64,000 nt of DNA, from the IMG/VR virus record IMGVR_UViG_3300022188_000229, positions 1-64,000 of that record, one strand, 5' to 3'. Below are positions 58,059-64,000 of the stretch, piece by piece (the first letter of the stretch is position 1; each line of letters begins with the position of its first letter). The DNA comes from a virus. The notes under the pieces were generated by a model. That model saw only the letters and a list, made by a program, of their open reading frames with translations. It was not told the DNA's origin and searched no databases. Both the position numbers and the translations under genes were made by a program.

Positions 58059-58736
58059 ATGATGAATAAAACAGAGAGAACAGCGTTACTAAAGAGATCT
58101 AAATCACAGAGGTTAGTGAGAGCTAATGCAAGTAAAACCAAACAGCTTTGGTTCGATGAGAAACCAGAAGACTTTTACCTAAGGTGTCATGCAGATCTGA
58201 CATCTCAGTCTTATGGTATTAGGATTCAGGAGTATATTAGAAATAAAGCGGGGCTTAAACAGGTAGCTTCTTCTAAAGACCAAGGAGACTATGAGAATAA
58301 ATATGAGGTATTCATAGAGAATAAGATTAATTATAAATCAGTAGATGGTAAGTACCTGTTTCTGCAGATCAGGCCTTGGCAGAGAGTGGGCCACTTCTTT
58401 ATAACAATTGATCCTGACAACAACTATACCGCTGATTATTTTTACTTAACCTTTGAACAGATACACGCTGAGCTCAGACAGTTAGGTACATATTGTCATG
58501 GTACTAAGAAAAGTATTAAGAATGAGAGACGTATGTACTCTATTAGATTTAATGAAGGCTCTGAGGCACATACTAGATGGTTGGCTAAGTATAAGCTTCC
58601 TTCTTATGAGGCAGCTATTACTAAACTTAAGACTGTTAAAAGAAAGTTTGTTTTCCTTAACACTGAGTTGAATAAACTAGCTCCGACCATTCTTTTTGGT
58701 AAAAAAGGAAAAAATAACTTGACAAACAAAAGATAG
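58059..58736 (+). CDS. restriction-endonuclease-like PD-(D/E)XK protein
   Basis: 'QGD.......IENK', 'QIRP'. Confidence 0.5.
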   Translation: MMNKTERTALLKRSKSQRLVRANASKTKQLWFDEKPEDFYLRCHADLTSQSYGIRIQEYIRNKAGLKQVASSKDQGDYENKYEVFIENKINYKSVDGKYLFLQIRPWQRVGHFFITIDPDNNYTADYFYLTFEQIHAELRQLGTYCHGTKKSIKNERRMYSIRFNEGSEAHTRWLAKYKLPSYEAAITKLKTVKRKFVFLNTELNKLAPTILFGKKGKNNLTNKR

Positions 58737-58746
58737 TGACTATATT
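58719..58746 (+). promoter_or_regulatory. sigma70-type promoter
   Basis: TTGACA-N16-TATATT. Confidence 0.78.
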
Positions 58747-58777
58747 ATATGACATGAAGGAAAAGGAGAAAGAAAAT

Positions 58778-59704
58778 ATGAGTGATACAAAAGAAACAAG
58801 AATTAAAGATGCATTATACCAACCGCTAACGGTAGATTCACGAAAAGGAAGAGGCGGAACTTACGATTATGTTAAATGGCAAGCGGTAGCGGATAGAATG
58901 AATGATGTTTTTGGTATGAATTGGAGTAGTAGTGTGGAATCCCAGGAAATCATTGGTGATATAGTTATAGTAAGAGTAAGTGTGTGTGCCAAAGATCCCA
59001 TCAGTGGACAGGAATTTTGTCAGGAGGGTTATGGGGGGTCTCAAATGAGATCATCAGATGAAGCTGGCTCAGCACATAAAGGTGCTTATTCTAAAGCATT
59101 AAAAGATGCTTGTAAAAAATGGGGTGTGGGTCTTCATTTGGAAGAGAGTGGGGAATCAAATTTTTCTAGTAAGCCAAGTGGCTTTTCAGGGCATGAGACA
59201 GCTATTCCTGCACCAAGTGCACCTCTGGTACCAATGACTAGTACGGCCTCACCCCCAGCATATACTATGCCTACACAGCAGGTAGTGGAAACACCTCTAC
59301 CTACTACACCGCCGCCAGCAGAGACATTACAACAAGAGACACCTGCCCCAGTTTCAGCACCGGCTCCTGTAGATAATGTAGTACCTATGGCTCCGCCGGC
59401 ACCAGCACCTAATACGCCTCCGGCACCAGCACCATCTCCAGCTCCTGCACCAAGTGCTACACCTGCACCGGTAACAGTAGCTAATGATGCTACGGCATCT
59501 CCTGATGCGCCTGGTACTATTAATAATGTACAGGAAATGGCAATTAAGAATCTTGCCAGATTAAGTGGGATCGAAGATCCAGCTCAGCTTTTAACTGACC
59601 TTATTAATAAAGCAGACACTGGATTAACACGACAGGTTACAAATTTAAGTGACCTTAGCTACACCGAGGCAGTGAACGTAATAAAAGCTGCTAAAAATTT
59701 ATAA
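58778..59704 (+). CDS. Rad52/Sak-like single-strand annealing protein with Pro/Ala-rich linker
   Basis: 'YDYV....V.DRMNDVFG..WS', 'KGAYSKALKDACKKWGVGLHL'; start placed at MSDTK behind aaggag. Confidence 0.88.
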   Translation: MSDTKETRIKDALYQPLTVDSRKGRGGTYDYVKWQAVADRMNDVFGMNWSSSVESQEIIGDIVIVRVSVCAKDPISGQEFCQEGYGGSQMRSSDEAGSAHKGAYSKALKDACKKWGVGLHLEESGESNFSSKPSGFSGHETAIPAPSAPLVPMTSTASPPAYTMPTQQVVETPLPTTPPPAETLQQETPAPVSAPAPVDNVVPMAPPAPAPNTPPAPAPSPAPAPSATPAPVTVANDATASPDAPGTINNVQEMAIKNLARLSGIEDPAQLLTDLINKADTGLTRQVTNLSDLSYTEAVNVIKAAKNL

Positions 59705-59715
59705 TAGGAGATAAT

Positions 59716-61662
59716 ATGTCAAAGAATAACCATACAGTACATCCAGAACTTATTAAGACAGTTGACTATGAGATTTTAGTACTAGGGCTTCCTAAGAAGG
59801 ACTTAGAAGATTTACTGACACATTTTGTGGCAGAAAGGGGTAAGATTTCAAGGAGTTTGTACGAAGATTTTCTAATTGCTAACTGTATTGCTAATCTAAA
59901 TCAGTTTATGGCCCACATTAATACAGCGACTATATCTGGAGAAATTGATTTATTAAAGTTACGCCAAGAGATTACTGAGGTAGTATTAACTCATAACCCA
60001 TTACTCCATCCTGAAAAGATAGTTATTAACAGGAACCAGGTATTAAAGCTTCTTGTTGGTAAGATTAATGATGACGCTGATGGTATTCTACTTAATGAAA
60101 ATATTTATTGGAACAAGTCTTACTATGATACTGAGGGGAATTATAAACCAATTTCTTTACAAGATAACTCTAAGAATCATATGGAAAAACCCCCTACTAA
60201 AAAGACTGAGTCTCCGAAAGGGGATACAGGTAAGAAAGATATTTCAGAGTTAGAGTGGAAGCCTGTACAGGTCTGGTGGACAAGATTAAATGAGTACGTT
60301 GTCGTTAAACAATACTCTTTAGAGAACATTGATCATATATTGAGGCAGCGTTACTTTCATAATAGCACCAGCTTTAATACATACATAGTGTCTAATTGTA
60401 TCGTAGATGTAGAAGATATTTATGCGCTTATCGATGGCATGGGAGCTAATGTTGATCCTAATAAAGTAATTAGGGAACTATTTGCCTTGTGTGAGGGTGC
60501 TAACGAGGGGTTAAATTTTACTAGAGCTAAAGAACTTCAAGAACCTGAAGAAGGTGGAGATGACAGTTCTAAACTTCGTACTAATTCTCCGGCACAGAGG
60601 GCTTATACTAAGGGCTATGGGAAGAAGAAATCGCAGAAGAAGATGCCTACGTTTAAAGATGTACCTAAAGCAGACCTATTAAAACTTTCTGATAACATGA
60701 AAGTAGCTTTGGTTGGGCAGGATGAAGCAGTAGATAAATTAGGTGAAGCTATTAAGAGAGCAAGTGTAGGACTGAAAGACCCTATTAAACCTATTGGATC
60801 GTTTCTTTTTGCAGGAAGGACTGGCTGTGGCAAGACTCTTGCAAGTAAAGTACTCGCTGATGAACTTATTAGGACTAGAAAGAATAGAATAGTGATCGAT
60901 TGTTCTGAGTACACGAATGATCATGAGTATGCTAAATTGATAGGGGCACCAGCAGGATACATTGGTCATGATGATGGTGGAGTGTTAACTAACGCCGTTG
61001 CAGAAACACCTTTTGCAGTTGTAGTGTTTGATGAAATTGAAAAAGCCAGTTCTAAGGTATATGATTTACTACTACAGGTTCTTGATGAAGGACGTTTAAC
61101 TGATGGTAAGGGGCGTGCAGTATCCTTTAGAGATACAATCATTGTGCTTACCTCTAATATTGGTGTCCAAGAAGTAGACGCAGTGACAAAGACTATTGGT
61201 TTTGGAGATGTCGCTATTCTTACTGAAGATAAAAAAAGAGGCGCACTCAATAAAGCATTAAAGAAAAAATTTAAACCTGAGTTCCTAAATAGAATTGATT
61301 CTGTAGTACATTTTAAGGACCTATCTGACGAGGACTATATGAAAATTATAGACATTGAATTGTATAAGCTCGGAGATAACCTGAAATCCAATGACACAGA
61401 GTATAAAGATGTTACATTGAACTTTGATAAGAAGATAAGAAAATTGATCTTTAAAGAGGGAGTAGATGAAAAGTTTGGTGCAAGACCTATTAAGAGAGCT
61501 ATAGAACAAAACATCTCTTCTGAGGTCGCCGGTCTTCTTCTTGAAGGTAATTTTTCTCCTTATGTAACCATTAGTGTATCAGAGAAAGCAGGTAAGGTAG
61601 TACTTACAACTAAAGACAAAGAGAAAGAACAGGAGATTAATCTTCTTGTTAATACAAAATAA
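59716..61662 (+). CDS. ClpA/B/C-like AAA+ ATPase with only the second ATPase module
   Basis: 'VGQDEAV', 'PIGSFLFAGRTGCGKT', 'LIGAPAGYIGH', 'FDEIEKA', 'DEGRLTD', 'PEFLNRID', 'GARP'. Confidence 0.93.
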   Translation: MSKNNHTVHPELIKTVDYEILVLGLPKKDLEDLLTHFVAERGKISRSLYEDFLIANCIANLNQFMAHINTATISGEIDLLKLRQEITEVVLTHNPLLHPEKIVINRNQVLKLLVGKINDDADGILLNENIYWNKSYYDTEGNYKPISLQDNSKNHMEKPPTKKTESPKGDTGKKDISELEWKPVQVWWTRLNEYVVVKQYSLENIDHILRQRYFHNSTSFNTYIVSNCIVDVEDIYALIDGMGANVDPNKVIRELFALCEGANEGLNFTRAKELQEPEEGGDDSSKLRTNSPAQRAYTKGYGKKKSQKKMPTFKDVPKADLLKLSDNMKVALVGQDEAVDKLGEAIKRASVGLKDPIKPIGSFLFAGRTGCGKTLASKVLADELIRTRKNRIVIDCSEYTNDHEYAKLIGAPAGYIGHDDGGVLTNAVAETPFAVVVFDEIEKASSKVYDLLLQVLDEGRLTDGKGRAVSFRDTIIVLTSNIGVQEVDAVTKTIGFGDVAILTEDKKRGALNKALKKKFKPEFLNRIDSVVHFKDLSDEDYMKIIDIELYKLGDNLKSNDTEYKDVTLNFDKKIRKLIFKEGVDEKFGARPIKRAIEQNISSEVAGLLLEGNFSPYVTISVSEKAGKVVLTTKDKEKEQEINLLVNTK

Positions 61663-61674
61663 AGAGGAACTATA

Positions 61675-62160
61675 ATGTCATTAAGACGAACTACATATGA
61701 TGTTGGTGCAATGTTGGGGGCTTTTAGGGTCCCCTACAATGTGACCAGTGTAATAAAAAATATTACTACACAGTATGTTATTGAAGATTTTGGTGTAGTG
61801 ATAAGTGTAATTAATCCTGGCGACTACGGGATGATTAATGAGCGTTTAGATACAGTATTAAAGGGATATAGAAAGTTATTTATCTCTAGTAATGATAATT
61901 TAAACGATAAACGTTATGAGATAATTTGGTCCCTCATGAGATCAGGTTATATGAAATGGTTGAGGTATACATACCCGGCACAATTCGTTAATATAGTGGA
62001 CACAGATAATTTAGGCGGACGTATAATAGATGAACGTATAGCTGTATGGGGCAATGCCCCTAAGTATAGATATCTAGTAGCAGATAATATAGAAGCAAAG
62101 AGCGCAGGGTTTAGGCAGTTACTTAGCCGTGACCCCTCATTCTTTGACTACATGCCTTAA
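61675..62160 (+). CDS. hypothetical protein
   Basis: 161 aa, with RBS. Confidence 0.55.
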   Translation: MSLRRTTYDVGAMLGAFRVPYNVTSVIKNITTQYVIEDFGVVISVINPGDYGMINERLDTVLKGYRKLFISSNDNLNDKRYEIIWSLMRSGYMKWLRYTYPAQFVNIVDTDNLGGRIIDERIAVWGNAPKYRYLVADNIEAKSAGFRQLLSRDPSFFDYMP

Positions 62161-62170
62161 GGAGGTTAAA

Positions 62171-62347
62171 ATGTTTACAACTAATGGAAGGGCTGGCAAA
62201 AGAGCCAGTAAAGAAAGAGCTAGCGTTAAAGGGAAAGAGTTTTCTTGTACTGCGTGTGGCGCAAGAAAACGTGTAGCTAATGTAGAGTTTGGAGAAGAGA
62301 TAGTGTGCGAGTGCGGCAAACCCATGGTGGAGAGTTATGAAGAGTAA
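62171..62347 (+). CDS. small zinc-ribbon protein
   Basis: CTAC...CEC; RBS aaggaggt. Confidence 0.6.
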   Translation: MFTTNGRAGKRASKERASVKGKEFSCTACGARKRVANVEFGEEIVCECGKPMVESYEE

Positions 62348-62699
62348 GTTCTTTTCTGGTGTATCTTCTAAGATAATAGCTTGGGCTACAGTGTTGGCAA
62401 CAATAGTTGCTATTGTTACTGCGATGGCTATGTTTGATGATAGATATGCTAGAGCTGAAGATTCAAAGGAAACACACGAAGAGATAATAGAATCTATAAA
62501 ATTAATGAACATTAACATGAAGATAAATGGACTACAGAGCCAAAGGATCATGTTGAAAATGAATAAAAGAGATTTAATGTTAAAACAAGCAGAAAACCCT
62601 GAAGATCCTACTATTAGATGTCTATTAGAAGATGCTAATGAAGATATGGCTACTATTAATAGACGCATAGGTGATTTAGAGAATGAGCAACTTAGATAA
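62337..62699 (+). CDS. membrane protein with N-terminal TM and coiled coil
   Basis: 'IIAWATVLATIVAIVTAMAMF'. Confidence 0.6.
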   Translation: MKSKFFSGVSSKIIAWATVLATIVAIVTAMAMFDDRYARAEDSKETHEEIIESIKLMNINMKINGLQSQRIMLKMNKRDLMLKQAENPEDPTIRCLLEDANEDMATINRRIGDLENEQLR

Positions 62700-62713
62700 A
62701 GGAGCACCGAACT

Positions 62714-63460
62714 ATGGTAGAAGAGACCACTAACGGAGTAACTAATGGGGATGTGAAAACGGAAGAACCTTCTCTTGTTAGATTATTGGATACAACTTAT
62801 CCATTACTAGCTAGATTTAGAGAGCTGTGTCCTGGTACGTATAAACATTCTCAAGCACTGGCTTCGATGATTGAAGGTGTTAGTTTAGCACTAGGGTTAG
62901 ATACAGATCTACTAAAATTAGCAGCTACATATCATGATATAGGTAAGACCTTTAATCCTAAGTATTTTACAGAGAATCAGATGGAAGATGAAGACACTCA
63001 TGAAGGCTTAGACCCAAAAATTAGTTATGAGATTATAACTAGACATGTGTCAGATAGTGTTATTATTCTATTAAATGATAGTAATTTTCCACGTAAGGTT
63101 ATTGAGATTATTAGTCAACACCACGGTAAGAATGTACTAAAATATTTCTTTAAGAAATCTGGAAAAGATGTTGAGGATTTTTTTAGATATAAGACCACTA
63201 AACCCACTTGCATAGAGTCAGCTATTCTAATGATTTGTGATGCTGTTGAAGCTACAAGCAGGTCCCAGGTACAGGCGGGTAAGTTTGATCCTAGCAAAGT
63301 AATTGAAAGTACAATTAATGGTTTAATAAATGATGGGCAGCTAGATGAAGTTTACATGAGGCTGGGTGATCTAAAGAAAGTTAAAGTAGCTTTAGGTAAA
63401 GAACTTGAAGGTACTTATCAGAAACGAGTAGATTATGAAGAGGTAGAGGTGAGTAAATGA
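62714..63460 (+). CDS. HD (HDIG) phosphohydrolase resembling the cytoplasmic domain of PgpH/7TM-HD proteins
   Basis: 'PGTYKHS', 'YHDIGK..NP.YF.ENQ', 'II.RHV', 'QHHG', 'FRY...KP...ESAILMICDAVEATSRS'. Confidence 0.88.
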   Translation: MVEETTNGVTNGDVKTEEPSLVRLLDTTYPLLARFRELCPGTYKHSQALASMIEGVSLALGLDTDLLKLAATYHDIGKTFNPKYFTENQMEDEDTHEGLDPKISYEIITRHVSDSVIILLNDSNFPRKVIEIISQHHGKNVLKYFFKKSGKDVEDFFRYKTTKPTCIESAILMICDAVEATSRSQVQAGKFDPSKVIESTINGLINDGQLDEVYMRLGDLKKVKVALGKELEGTYQKRVDYEEVEVSK

Positions 63461-63918
63461 CAGAGGCTGATGGAGTAATAATACTTGTAGTTGCTGTAGT
63501 GATCTGTATGTTTGGTCTTATATTTGGTGTTCTTAGCCTTCTAAAGCATTTAAAGTTACGTCGTGAGTATGATAATTTATTTGTTTATAATGAAAACCTA
63601 ATGGAAAAATTTAATAAGACTATTCACCAGAAAAAAAGTTCTGAAGTACGGCTTGGAAAGATAGGAGAGAACCTAGCTCCTTTTACTAAGTGCTGGCCTT
63701 GGGACCCTAATGATTTTAGATTTCTTGGTTCACCCATAGATGGTATGCAGTTCACAGAGGAAATGATTTATTTAGTAGAGATAAAGACCGGCAAGAGTCG
63801 GCTAAGTAAAAAGCAAGCTCGTTGTAGAGAGCTAGTAAAAGCAGGTAAAGTAGCATTTGTTTCATGCCGTATAGGTGAAGATGAGATAGAGATAAAAGAG
63901 ACTAATTTTTTAAAGTAA
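63457..63918 (+). CDS. Holliday junction resolvase-like endonuclease with N-terminal TM
   Basis: 'GKIGENLAPF', 'DFRFLGSPID', 'EIKTG...LS..Q'. Confidence 0.85.
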   Translation: MTEADGVIILVVAVVICMFGLIFGVLSLLKHLKLRREYDNLFVYNENLMEKFNKTIHQKKSSEVRLGKIGENLAPFTKCWPWDPNDFRFLGSPIDGMQFTEEMIYLVEIKTGKSRLSKKQARCRELVKAGKVAFVSCRIGEDEIEIKETNFLK

Positions 63919-63944
63919 CCTCAATATAGATAAGGAGAATTATT

Positions 63945-64000
63945 ATGATAGAAATAACAAAAGATGCAATTAAAAATATACTGGAGTATTTTAATGGTAA
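63945..64000 (+). CDS. partial ORF, N-terminus reminiscent of IscA/HesB-like proteins
   Basis: MIEITKDAIKNILEYFNG...; only 18 codons visible. Confidence 0.3.
   Translation, partial: MIEITKDAIKNILEYFNG

Noticed and set aside
59200-59520. GC-richer repetitive stretch (ccagca/cctgca)
   Set aside because: Explained by the Pro/Ala-rich linker of the Rad52-like protein; not a separate repeat element.
1-64000. tRNA/rRNA genes and an alternative genetic code
   Set aside because: No cloverleaf with T-loop/CCA was recognised by eye; genes are full length in the standard code and all three stop codons are used at gene ends.

Overview
A 64-kb segment of a large, AT-rich dsDNA bacteriophage genome. Genes are densely packed and almost all on the + strand. 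From left to right it carries: virion/receptor-binding-like genes (1-4.6 kb); a replication/recombination module (beta clamp, RecA, UvsY-like, DnaB, primase, SSB, RuvC-like, Cas4/RecB-like nuclease); a ~15-kb glycosylation locus (7 glycosyltransferases, 3 methyltransferases, a sulfotransferase, an FnlA/RmlD-like/FnlC-type UDP-HexNAc pathway, a KdsC-like protein); DnaX, a family-A DNA polymerase, dUTPase and an intein-containing class II ribonucleotide reductase; then repair, nucleotide-metabolism, chaperone and signalling genes (multi-PAS protein, receiver domain, Hsp20, ClpB-like ATPase, PgpH-like HD phosphodiesterase). Ten near-identical sigma70-type promoters punctuate the window. The most striking unexplained structure is at 15377-16319. 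Three 49-51 bp imperfect hairpins with integron attC architecture (TAAC...GTTA ends, bulged base, compensatory stem change) bound two ~400-bp cassettes placed directly behind a phage promoter. Each cassette carries one ORF on each strand, and these are the only credible minus-strand genes in the window. No integrase is present in the window. All functional calls come from motif recognition by eye; no database searches were run.
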